Of a stretch of DNA of 64,000 nucleotides, positions 1 to 8,702 are shown one piece after another; position 1 is the stretch's first letter, and the number at the start of each line of letters is the position of its first letter. This stretch comes from a virus (Duplodnaviria > Caudoviricetes): positions 1 through 64,000 of IMG/VR virus record IMGVR_UViG_3300032007_000065; one strand, written 5' to 3'. A model generated the notes under the pieces. That model was not told the DNA's origin. It was given only the letters and a program-made list of their open reading frames with translations, and did not search any database. The position numbers and the translations under genes were made by a program.

Positions 1-98
1 AACCCCACAAAGGCATTCTGAATTCGATTTAAAAAGAACGAACTGACGAAAGTCAGTTCGTTCTTTTTAAATCGAATTCAGAATGCCTTTGTGGGGTT
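1..98. repeat. Perfect 47-bp inverted repeat with GAAA loop (may extend past the window start)
   Basis: 1-47 is the exact reverse complement of 52-98; loop gaaa at 48-51; overlaps the stop of the minus-strand gene ending at 78. Confidence 0.95.
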
Positions 99-986
99 GC
101 GGCGCCCGATGACGCCCTTCAGTGCCGGGACCGAGCTCGACTGAACAGGCTTCGGGAACGGCTTCGGTGCCGGCTGGGTCGGACGACCAAATTCGTCGAG
201 ACGGTCTTCATTGCTCTTGTCCTTACCGTCGAGAATCCGGTCGATTTGTTTCACCTGGGCCCTGGCCTCGATGTCAGCGACGGCCCGTTCGGTTTCTTTC
301 TTGGTCTCTTCAATGATGCGCTGCATCGCCAACGTTGCGTTGCGAGCGGCATTGGCACGGAGACGATCTCCGTAGTCCATCTCCTCCTGATAGACCTTGA
401 TTGGTTCCGGTGCCTTAACGAGGCCGGCTGCGATGAGATCCTCCAGCGGAATGCCCGAGCTGACATTCTTCGGATCGACGACGTACTCGATGGCTTTGCC
501 TTCGGGTTGACGCTTCGTCTGGGACGGGCGTAGAAGACCGGCTGCGATGAGTTCGGCCTCCGTGGGTCCGGCAAGTCCCAGCTTCTGAGAATCCGGTTTC
601 TTGGATTCCGACGTCGGAGTCTGTGTCGTGGCCGGACGTTCGGGTGTTTTCACGGGCTGGCTGAGTCTGACGAATTGCAGCTGCCGCTCGACACGGTCAT
701 TGACGAAAGCCGACTCAATGGCCTTCTTCCTGGCGACGACGTTGCTTCGACGCAGAGTCTCGAGATCGCCAAGGGTGACCCGGGCAATCGGAGACTTCTG
801 GGGATCGACGAGCTGGACATCGAAGGCCAACCGATCGTCGAACTTGCGATTGTAACCGGTGATCTGGAGTGTTCCTTCGGAGTCGTGGATCTTCATCATA
901 ACGGACACTTCTTCGGCGGAAAACAATGGACCGAGCGCACTGGCTACAATGTTGACCACCTGAGGAGCTGAAATGTGGATGTCCAT
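78..986 (-). CDS. Hypothetical protein (302 aa)
   Basis: ATG at 986 (MDIHISAP) follows GAAAGGAG; the longer ORF-track start at 1349 crosses a terminator and overlaps another gene. Confidence 0.75.
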   Translation of the reverse strand: MDIHISAPQVVNIVASALGPLFSAEEVSVMMKIHDSEGTLQITGYNRKFDDRLAFDVQLVDPQKSPIARVTLGDLETLRRSNVVARKKAIESAFVNDRVERQLQFVRLSQPVKTPERPATTQTPTSESKKPDSQKLGLAGPTEAELIAAGLLRPSQTKRQPEGKAIEYVVDPKNVSSGIPLEDLIAAGLVKAPEPIKVYQEEMDYGDRLRANAARNATLAMQRIIEETKKETERAVADIEARAQVKQIDRILDGKDKSNEDRLDEFGRPTQPAPKPFPKPVQSSSVPALKGVIGRRNPTKAF

Positions 987-1041
987 GGTGCGAGTTCTCC
1001 TTTCGTTGAAAATTCCATTATGGTCTTGCTCCAGCCAAAGC

Positions 1042-1071
1042 AAAAAAGAAAGGCCGGAGCCTTCCTTTTTT
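1042..1071. terminator. Intrinsic terminator
   Basis: aaaaaagaaaggc-cgga-gccttccttttt. Confidence 0.7.
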
Positions 1072-1381
1072 ATCTCGCGAGCCACCCGATCACTGATCGG
1101 AGGCTCGTGTCGATGCTGTGGTCCGTGCAGTAGACCCCGGCTGTGAATGCCACAACCATGACGGTCCGCGACAGCCAGGATCTCATGACGGAGTCGTAAA
1201 GCCGATGGTCGACCTTTGAGATGACGATGCTTGTGAGCGACGCCATCAGGTAGCCGACCGTCAGGTCCTGCAGGATCTCTGTCCCAGGGAGACCCATAAG
1301 GGTGAAACCTCCGGCGATCATCAGAATCATGACGAACGTCGGCAGCCATCTGATGTCTTCAGTCTTCATCGCTGACGTCAT
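1070..1381 (-). CDS. Small membrane protein
   Basis: 103 aa with three hydrophobic segments; part of a tightly packed minus-strand operon. Confidence 0.7.
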   Translation of the reverse strand: MTSAMKTEDIRWLPTFVMILMIAGGFTLMGLPGTEILQDLTVGYLMASLTSIVISKVDHRLYDSVMRSWLSRTVMVVAFTAGVYCTDHSIDTSLRSVIGWLAR

Positions 1382-1721
1382 CCTCCATGTTTGTCTTCAG
1401 CAGCTTGTCGTTGATGTACGTAACAATGCCCAGCAGAGCATCATTGACTTTATCACCTTCCATGTAGTAGGAACACGGGTTCCCAGAGACGAGCTTGTAG
1501 GCGTCTTCGCGCTTCATCTTCTTGTAACGATCGATAAAGTCTCTGTAGGTGGCGACGCACTTCGACGTGTCGTAGATATCGAGTTTCGAGTCGACTTCAT
1601 AGATGTTCGACCCGTATACGATTCCGACGTAGACGTCATGTGGGTGGCGCATGACAACGATGACAGTGTCGTCTTTGAAGCGCTTGAACCAATTGGTTCC
1701 GTTGTTATAGATCTTGGCCAT
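1359..1721 (-). CDS. Hypothetical protein
   Basis: ATG 1721 (MAKIYNNG) after AAAGGAG. Confidence 0.75.
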   Translation of the reverse strand: MAKIYNNGTNWFKRFKDDTVIVVMRHPHDVYVGIVYGSNIYEVDSKLDIYDTSKCVATYRDFIDRYKKMKREDAYKLVSGNPCSYYMEGDKVNDALLGIVTYINDKLLKTNMEDDVSDED

Positions 1722-1741
1722 GGTGATATTCTCCTTTCTTA

Positions 1742-1927
1742 TTAGCACCAGAGGTCGAACTTGATGATCACCGCCAAAAGAACGACGATCGTTGCTGTGT
1801 TGATGCGCTGGACCAGTTTGCTCATTGACGGATACTTCTTCTCGTCATCAAAGGCAATGTTGAGAAAGACGAGCAGTGCGACGTAGAAGATGGCAGCAAT
1901 GATGCCGATGGTGGTACGTGTAAACAT
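1742..1927 (-). CDS. Small two-TM membrane protein
   Basis: ATG 1927 (MFTRTT) after AAAGGAG; two hydrophobic stretches. Confidence 0.65.
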   Translation of the reverse strand: MFTRTTIGIIAAIFYVALLVFLNIAFDDEKKYPSMSKLVQRINTATIVVLLAVIIKFDLWC

Positions 1928-1985
1928 GAGAAACTCCTTTCGAGCGGGTTGGAATTTTTGTAGGTCCCGCTCTTTACTCATGGAA

Positions 1986-1996
1986 ATGATATGTGG
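1986..1996 (-). promoter_or_regulatory. Phage promoter motif CCACATATCAT
   Basis: Copy of a recurrent intergenic motif, upstream of the minus-strand operon. Confidence 0.7.
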
Positions 1997-2068
1997 CCAG
2001 AAGTCAGGATTTTACGGGTTTCCGGCCCGGAAACACACGCTTAACGATTCAACGACAAAGGCAGGTGA

Positions 2069-3445
2069 ATGCTTATGTCTAACCTGAGCGTCGAATCTGC
2101 GAGCTATGCCAATTCACAGGCACAGTTCATATCGAGCGTCAAGAAGTCGGCATTTGCCCGCTTCCTGAATAAGAATCCGTTCTACGTCAAGTACTACGTC
2201 AACAACTCAGTTGAGTCGAAGACTGACTCCGGAACGGGAAGCGTCTACGAAGAAATCGGTCCGCAGTCGCCGATGCGATTCAATCGAGTTTCGAATCTTC
2301 CGGTCTTCAACATTCCGGAGCTGAGACCCGACGTCGTCCACGACGAAGGCGGCTACGACGTCGAAATGGACATCACCGACATCGGGTTCATCCCGGGCAC
2401 AGTCCGACCGAAGCCGGCTGACTACATGCTACTGGAAATTCCCGGTGCTCCGAAACTGCTCTACCGATGCAACGCCTGGCGTCACAACTCCATCATGTCT
2501 CAGGACTTCTACCTGGCCGACTTCGACCTTGTCGACATCGGCAGCCAGTCGCAGCTGAACCGAGAGAACTCGACGGAGCTCCGCAACGGCAACTACATCG
2601 AGCAGATCGACAAGCAGGTCGTCCGTGACCTGACATGTCGCCAGATCGACGTCGGCACCAATGAGAAGTACATCGTCGACAGCGACGACCAGCAGGCCAT
2701 CGCTGACGCCGATGAACTCATCGACACTCTGACTCAGTTCTTCAACGACGCCTTCTACAACGCAGAGATCGACGCCTTCGCCCTCATGACGAACCCCGGC
2801 AACGTTCCGGTGGCTCCGGGCACCCAGTGGTACGTCGACAACTACCAGACCCGCTTCATCAACGAATCCGAGATCTTCCGCAACGACGGCTCCGACTACA
2901 CGGTCCGTCTGACGTATCCGGAGATGAAGCAGCTGAACTTTGACTATCTCTACAAGCGTTCCATGTGGTACGCCGTACTGACTCGGTCGAAGGACTACCT
3001 GACTCCATATCTCTATGCATGGAATCGCATGATCCAGAAGCGGACGTCTCCGCTGATGCTGCATTCGATTCCGGCGGTCCATCCGACGCTCCAGGAAATC
3101 GACCACTACGTCGAACCGGAGGCGCCGTACGACCCGAACCTCAAGGACCTGGTCTACACACCGGGTCAGTGGTGCGGCTGGACGGGAACCGATCCCGCCA
3201 TGCGCTCCTACTTCAACATCAAACTCGTCCGTTCTGTCCTTGGCAACGTCATGGATCCGCGTCTCAACTACGTCGAGCGCATGATCTTCCAGTACATCTG
3301 CCAGGGCGTCAAGAACGTCACCTACAAGAAGCAGGAACTGCTGAAGTTCGCCTTCACGCAGGACCTGTTTACGTTCCAGCATCTGCCCATTGTGATCGCG
3401 ATTCTGAAGGCACATCGCGCATCACTTGTGACAGCCGAATCTTAA
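2069..3445 (+). CDS. Probable virion structural protein (neck/head-completion-like)
   Basis: 458 aa with typical codon usage, upstream of the terminase; family call is from recollection of AR9-like proteins (FARFLNKNPFYVKYY...SPMRFNRV). Confidence 0.5.
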   Translation: MLMSNLSVESASYANSQAQFISSVKKSAFARFLNKNPFYVKYYVNNSVESKTDSGTGSVYEEIGPQSPMRFNRVSNLPVFNIPELRPDVVHDEGGYDVEMDITDIGFIPGTVRPKPADYMLLEIPGAPKLLYRCNAWRHNSIMSQDFYLADFDLVDIGSQSQLNRENSTELRNGNYIEQIDKQVVRDLTCRQIDVGTNEKYIVDSDDQQAIADADELIDTLTQFFNDAFYNAEIDAFALMTNPGNVPVAPGTQWYVDNYQTRFINESEIFRNDGSDYTVRLTYPEMKQLNFDYLYKRSMWYAVLTRSKDYLTPYLYAWNRMIQKRTSPLMLHSIPAVHPTLQEIDHYVEPEAPYDPNLKDLVYTPGQWCGWTGTDPAMRSYFNIKLVRSVLGNVMDPRLNYVERMIFQYICQGVKNVTYKKQELLKFAFTQDLFTFQHLPIVIAILKAHRASLVTAES

Positions 3446-3463
3446 GAAAGGTGGATTTCCAAC

Positions 3464-4921
3464 ATGAGCAATCCGCTGATGGGCATGATCAGCCAGGAGC
3501 TGTTCAATGACGCCCAACTCCATCGTTTCACCGCCGCCGAGGAAGGTGTTCTCGACGGCATCAAGGAGAAGCTCAAGGGCATCTCCAAGGCACTCAAGAA
3601 CCGTAACAGCGAGCCCATGGCCGACGGTGTCGAAGCCCTCTACGACGCCAAGTACAAGGCCGACGTCGAGGCCATTCGTGCGAAAATCATCAAGGACGTC
3701 AAGGCCAATGCAGCTCGTCTCGACATCGATCCGAAGCTCCAGGAGCTCAATGGCGGCAACGGCGCCGAGATCGACTGCATTGGCTACGACTTCAAGTCCT
3801 TCGCCAACACCGGCTACTGGAACCAGATCGACAAGATGCCGAAGGAGCTCCGTTGCCCGGAGTCCGACAGCCATGGCGACAGGCATCTCGACTGGGAGAC
3901 CAAGGCCGTCCACTGGCTCAGCGAGCAGCTGTTCGGTGACGTCGTCAAGAAATACGACCGTGAAATCAAGAGAGTCTATCCGAAGGCCCAGGTGACCTAC
4001 GACGTCTTCTCCGACAGCCCCGACATGGTCACCGTCTTCATCTGGTTCGACAAGAACTGGCTCGAGAACCAGGTGCCCAAGGCAGTCGCCCAGGAGAGCT
4101 TCCAGAAGGGCATGTCCGCCGAGGACTTCCTGGCGGCCTATGAGTCCCAGATGGCTCTGAAGTCCGAAGTGCTCGGTGGCGAAGACAACTTCAAGTCCGC
4201 CATGGAGTCCGAAGCCGAGGCTCTCCACCAGGGTCTCGAGGACACGCTCCAGGATGAAGCGGCGCCCTACGATCCCACTGAGGAGCTCGAGAACATCACC
4301 CAGGTCCTCGCCGGCATCGACGACGGCTCTGACTACGTGGAGCAGCAGGACGAAGAGCAGAACGTCAAGCCCCAGGACAACGTCGAGAACATGATGGCGA
4401 CTCCTACCGACACCGACCAGGCTGCTGGCGCTATCGAGTCTGGTGTTCAGGCGAAGTTCAATGACTTCAAGAATCGAAATCTTGTCGCCGACTATCAGAA
4501 CTACGGCAAGTATCCGAAGTTCCCGTCCATCAAGGAGATGATCGGCGCCAAGTGCAAGCAGGCGACGGTCCATAACGTGCCGCTGACACTCGATGGTGAT
4601 ATCTCCGACTTTGAAAGTGATGACGCCATCAGGGAAGTCGAGAGGCTCGTCGGCGACGCATCCAAGGTGAAGCGCCTCTTCCTGAACGAGATCTCCGACA
4701 AGAATGGCAAATATGCCGAGTGGATGAGCCCCGACGAGATCAAGAAGATCACCACTTCCGGCATGACTGTCGTTGGTGTTCGCATCGTCAGGTTCGACAG
4801 TGAGCACTTGTCTGCTGAGTATACCTATTACCATCCGGTCTTCGGTGACCACATTGGTGTCGTCGAATACTTCCCGGACGCTAAAGGTGGCGGCAAGATT
4901 CGTTCCATGCTCGACGGCTGA
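3464..4921 (+). CDS. Probable head protein with protease-cleaved acidic regions
   Basis: 485 aa, acidic, several A-x-E motifs (AAEE/G, AQE/S, AME/S). Confidence 0.5.
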   Translation: MSNPLMGMISQELFNDAQLHRFTAAEEGVLDGIKEKLKGISKALKNRNSEPMADGVEALYDAKYKADVEAIRAKIIKDVKANAARLDIDPKLQELNGGNGAEIDCIGYDFKSFANTGYWNQIDKMPKELRCPESDSHGDRHLDWETKAVHWLSEQLFGDVVKKYDREIKRVYPKAQVTYDVFSDSPDMVTVFIWFDKNWLENQVPKAVAQESFQKGMSAEDFLAAYESQMALKSEVLGGEDNFKSAMESEAEALHQGLEDTLQDEAAPYDPTEELENITQVLAGIDDGSDYVEQQDEEQNVKPQDNVENMMATPTDTDQAAGAIESGVQAKFNDFKNRNLVADYQNYGKYPKFPSIKEMIGAKCKQATVHNVPLTLDGDISDFESDDAIREVERLVGDASKVKRLFLNEISDKNGKYAEWMSPDEIKKITTSGMTVVGVRIVRFDSEHLSAEYTYYHPVFGDHIGVVEYFPDAKGGGKIRSMLDG

Positions 4922-4932
4922 TATATAGAGCT

Positions 4933-4972
4933 AAAAAGACCAAAGAGAGTTTCGACTCTCTTTGGTTTTCTT
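4933..4972. terminator. Intrinsic terminator
   Basis: ccaaagagagt-ttcg-actctctttgg followed by a T-rich run. Confidence 0.8.
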
Positions 4973-5008
4973 CTCTCGGACACGACGCTAAAAGAAGGTG
5001 ATTAACGA

Positions 5009-7642
5009 ATGGCTCAGATAGTAAACACCAAACAGCGGCCCAGTGTCGGTTCGGACCCGTACCATAACGAACTGAACACAGCCGGCATCCCATTTGGAGA
5101 AAACCTTTACGACGACACCTACAACGACCATGATGAAGCCTACGTTAACTCGAAGTTGAAGAGTGATGACCAACAGAAGATGCCCGAGGCCATCGCCGAT
5201 AACTCAGCGACGCTAGTGGCTGCAGCAAAGAAAGTCTTTTCTAAACGTCGTCCAATCTACGACTGGAAAACGACAAATCAGAGCTTCATCGACGTCTATA
5301 ATGACCTGAAGCGACTCGGCATCAAGAATAACAAGTTCCATCTGATTCTCTACGATCGCGAACTTCAGGGAGTCGATCCATATGCACCCGGACTCCCTCT
5401 CGACATGCAGATTCGCATCTATCTCGAGTGTGTCGTCAACCCCTGGTATTTCATTCGTGAAATTGCGCGTATTCCGGCACAGGGTAAACCCATCGAACCC
5501 GGTGGCGGTGACCGATATAGACTCGACCGAAATAATCTAGCTACCTGGTATCTCTATGTGAACCACATTGACCACTACGCATCGAAGCCCCGTCAGTGTG
5601 GCAAGACACAGGATGCACTCCTGAAGGTCAACTATGCCTTCCACTTTGGTTCGGCATCGTCGAGTGCACTGCTGTTCTCGAAAGACCTCCCACTATGCAA
5701 AGAGAACCTGGCCCGTCTTAAAGATCAGAGAGACCTGTTTCCGACATACCTTCAGATGCGCGCGGCCTTCGACGAAGAGACTGGCAACATTGTCAAGGGT
5801 ATCGACAACATCATGACCATGAAGAATCCGGTAAATTCGAATTCTATCAAGGTCATGCCTTCTGCCAACTCTGCAGAAATGGCCACCCGACTCGGACGTG
5901 GTTACACTGCTCCGATCGAGTTCTTCGACGAAATTGACTTCACGAATTTCCAGATTAACATCCTGATGGCTTCGGTATTTGCCTATGCAACGGCATCGGA
6001 GAACGCCATCAACAATGGCTCGATGGCCTGCAGAGTGCTCTGCAGTACGCCAGGCGATTTGTCAACCCGAGACGGCAAAGCGATGTCTGACTACATCAAG
6101 GGCACGAAAGAAATGCGCGGCATGTTCATGTGGAACGACCGTTGCTTCGATCAGCCCATTGCGGACTTCAAGAAAGTCGTCCAGTCGACAGCTTACAATG
6201 GCATTGTCTACGTTGAGCATAACTGGCGTCAGTTGAAGAAGTCGATGGCCTGGTATGAGCGTCAATGCAACCTCTGCTCGTACAATCAGGAGATCATTCT
6301 TCGTGAAATCAATCTCCAGCGTCTGGCCGGTTCGAGCCTATCCCCCTTTACTCGTGAGCAGCAGCTGTATCTGGCTCAGCACGTTCACAGACCGAAACAG
6401 GAAATCGACATCAAGACGAAGGACACATTGTCGACGCTGTACCTCTATGAAGATCTTGACAGACGCATTCCGTACATCTTCGGCATTGACCCCTCTGAAG
6501 GTCTCAGTGCCGATAACAATGCACTCTGCATCATCAACCCATTCACGCTGGAAGTTGCTGGTGAATACTCGTGCCCATATATCTCACCTGTCGATATGAG
6601 TAAGATGCTAGTCAATCTCATGGATCGGTACTGCCCGAGAGCACTTCTGGTTGTGGAGGCGAACCGTGGTCGACAGTTGATCCAATACTTGGTCGATGGC
6701 CCGTATCAGTCGAGAGTCTGGTACGATGCCGACCGAATGAATCAGCTGCTGTCGGAGCATACGGACCAGTATGGTGGCATTCCACAGAGTGTCATCACCC
6801 GTAAGTGTCAGGGCTTCATTACCGGTGTCAAATCAAGAAACCTTCTGTTCCAGACCCTAGAGGAGATGGTCAACGAGTCCATTGACAAGATCTACTCGGC
6901 AAAGTTGGTTGGCGAGATTCTGACCCTCATCAGAAAACCGACGACCGGAAAGATCGAAGCTGCGCCAGGTGAGCACGACGATATGGTCATGGCCTATCTA
7001 ATCGGCCTCTACGTCTATCTCCATGCCAGCAATCTACACGAGTACGGCATGTCGAGACGAATGAGACCCGTCGACCAGATGGGTGTCAAGGACAAGGAGA
7101 CCGAGCAGAACTATCGATCCCGTGTGGCGGCTGCAGTCAACAGCCTTCCGGATGAGTATAAGGCCATCTTCGCAGACTATCTTCAGGAGCGAAATCCGGT
7201 CACCGATGCCCGACGATATGCCCAAGAAGTGGAACGAGCCAGACGACAGGATCCGTTCTACCGTCAAGCCACGACGTCGCAGTTCGACGATCCCGACGTC
7301 ATTCCGTTCGATGAACAGTTCAACCAGTCGAAACAGAATAATGGATCGCCACCGACGAACTACAAACCGATTGGCTACCAGTACCAGCGTTATGCCAACC
7401 GACAGTCTCAGGACGGCATCTACATTGGCGATGGCTCCGACGTCATGAACTTTGATGAACGCGAGAGCTTCGAGAACCAGATTTTCGACGCGAATCGAGA
7501 CCGCAGTGGTGGCATGATGCCCATTGAGACTGATCCGTACGAGAGTTTTGGATTCGCCCAGCCCGGTGGATTCGGCCCAGATGGAGACTCCATGTATCCG
7601 CCCGGATCTCTCGATCTCGACGACTGGACCGACCGATACTGA
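5009..7642 (+). CDS. terL: Terminase large subunit
   Basis: Walker A KPRQCGKT, Walker B FFDE, nuclease motifs IFGIDPSEG and HDDMVMA; 877 aa. Confidence 0.92.
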   Translation: MAQIVNTKQRPSVGSDPYHNELNTAGIPFGENLYDDTYNDHDEAYVNSKLKSDDQQKMPEAIADNSATLVAAAKKVFSKRRPIYDWKTTNQSFIDVYNDLKRLGIKNNKFHLILYDRELQGVDPYAPGLPLDMQIRIYLECVVNPWYFIREIARIPAQGKPIEPGGGDRYRLDRNNLATWYLYVNHIDHYASKPRQCGKTQDALLKVNYAFHFGSASSSALLFSKDLPLCKENLARLKDQRDLFPTYLQMRAAFDEETGNIVKGIDNIMTMKNPVNSNSIKVMPSANSAEMATRLGRGYTAPIEFFDEIDFTNFQINILMASVFAYATASENAINNGSMACRVLCSTPGDLSTRDGKAMSDYIKGTKEMRGMFMWNDRCFDQPIADFKKVVQSTAYNGIVYVEHNWRQLKKSMAWYERQCNLCSYNQEIILREINLQRLAGSSLSPFTREQQLYLAQHVHRPKQEIDIKTKDTLSTLYLYEDLDRRIPYIFGIDPSEGLSADNNALCIINPFTLEVAGEYSCPYISPVDMSKMLVNLMDRYCPRALLVVEANRGRQLIQYLVDGPYQSRVWYDADRMNQLLSEHTDQYGGIPQSVITRKCQGFITGVKSRNLLFQTLEEMVNESIDKIYSAKLVGEILTLIRKPTTGKIEAAPGEHDDMVMAYLIGLYVYLHASNLHEYGMSRRMRPVDQMGVKDKETEQNYRSRVAAAVNSLPDEYKAIFADYLQERNPVTDARRYAQEVERARRQDPFYRQATTSQFDDPDVIPFDEQFNQSKQNNGSPPTNYKPIGYQYQRYANRQSQDGIYIGDGSDVMNFDERESFENQIFDANRDRSGGMMPIETDPYESFGFAQPGGFGPDGDSMYPPGSLDLDDWTDRY

Positions 7643-7890
7643 TAGAAGAACGCAAGTGATCGATAGAGCACCCCGCTCTATCGATCGCTCATTCACTCTA
7701 TGTGGGTGCCTGCTTCGCATCGGCATCGGCATTTGCCGACATCGTGGTAACCGGTCGGGTCCCGAGTGAATTTAGGGATCTGTCCGTCATCAGTGTGTTG
7801 AAATCTAAATGTCCCGTTGACACAGAGTAAAGGCGGGAAATGTCGAGGTTTCAAGCTTAACGAAACTGATGAAAGGAGCAGAATGCTACT

Positions 7891-8628
7891 ATGGCATCCA
7901 TCGACAATTATCTCGACCTATCCGATCTCATCGAGACGTTCGATCTCGACGAGAACCGCCGACTTCTTCGTGAGCAACTCGAAGCGATCCAGACTGGGGA
8001 TCCCGATCTGGTCGACAACTTCCAGCTCATATACCAACGTTACAGTACCGTCAAGACCCATCCGGAGCGCACCTCCGTCGACACGAAGGACGACGTCGAA
8101 GAGCTCTACCTGAACATCTGTCGCATGTACGTCGACATGATCGGAGACAGCTTCAATGCCCAGATCGATGAAGAGTATCTCGAAGACCACGAGAAGTCCA
8201 TGGCCGCAACGGCTCTGGCCTACTACCTGTTCTTCGTGCTCCACCTGCGGTCGAACCTGTTCAATGTGCTGCTGTCGTTCATCAGCAGTCACAAGTCCAC
8301 CATCGCAGCGAACTTCGAGTCTCTGCGGCAGCGTCACGACGCCGTCACCGAGACGAACCGTTCCATCGAAGACCCGGACGTCGCACTGATCACGTCTTGC
8401 ATCTATGACGTCATCGACTGGGTCATGGAAGAAATGACCGCCGACGACTTCTTCCTGCACATGGAAGACGGCTACGTCGCCAAGGACCCGATTCGTAAAC
8501 TCTACGAAGACGGTCACATCGACGGCGGTTTCGTCGTCGCCATGCGAGACCTGCTGAAGGAGAACATCTCCCTGAAGGCACGCATCGGCTTCGACATCAT
8601 CTGTCGTCTCCGCGGCTTCGACATCTGA
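7891..8628 (+). CDS. Hypothetical helical protein
   Basis: 245 aa, AAAGGAG upstream, typical codon usage. Confidence 0.8.
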   Translation: MASIDNYLDLSDLIETFDLDENRRLLREQLEAIQTGDPDLVDNFQLIYQRYSTVKTHPERTSVDTKDDVEELYLNICRMYVDMIGDSFNAQIDEEYLEDHEKSMAATALAYYLFFVLHLRSNLFNVLLSFISSHKSTIAANFESLRQRHDAVTETNRSIEDPDVALITSCIYDVIDWVMEEMTADDFFLHMEDGYVAKDPIRKLYEDGHIDGGFVVAMRDLLKENISLKARIGFDIICRLRGFDI

Positions 8629-8702
8629 TCGGAGTCCGAGAAGAATAAACAGAAAAACTATCTCTAGCGGAATCTATTTCAAAGAAAGGTGTGGACACAC
8701 CC

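Noticed and set aside
987-1349. N-terminal extension of the first ORF given by the ORF track
   Set aside because: It overlaps gene 1070-1381 and crosses a terminator; a good SD precedes ATG 986
7861-7875. Hammerhead ribozyme (GAAA and CTGATGA)
   Set aside because: The two core motifs are directly adjacent, with no room for the intervening stems
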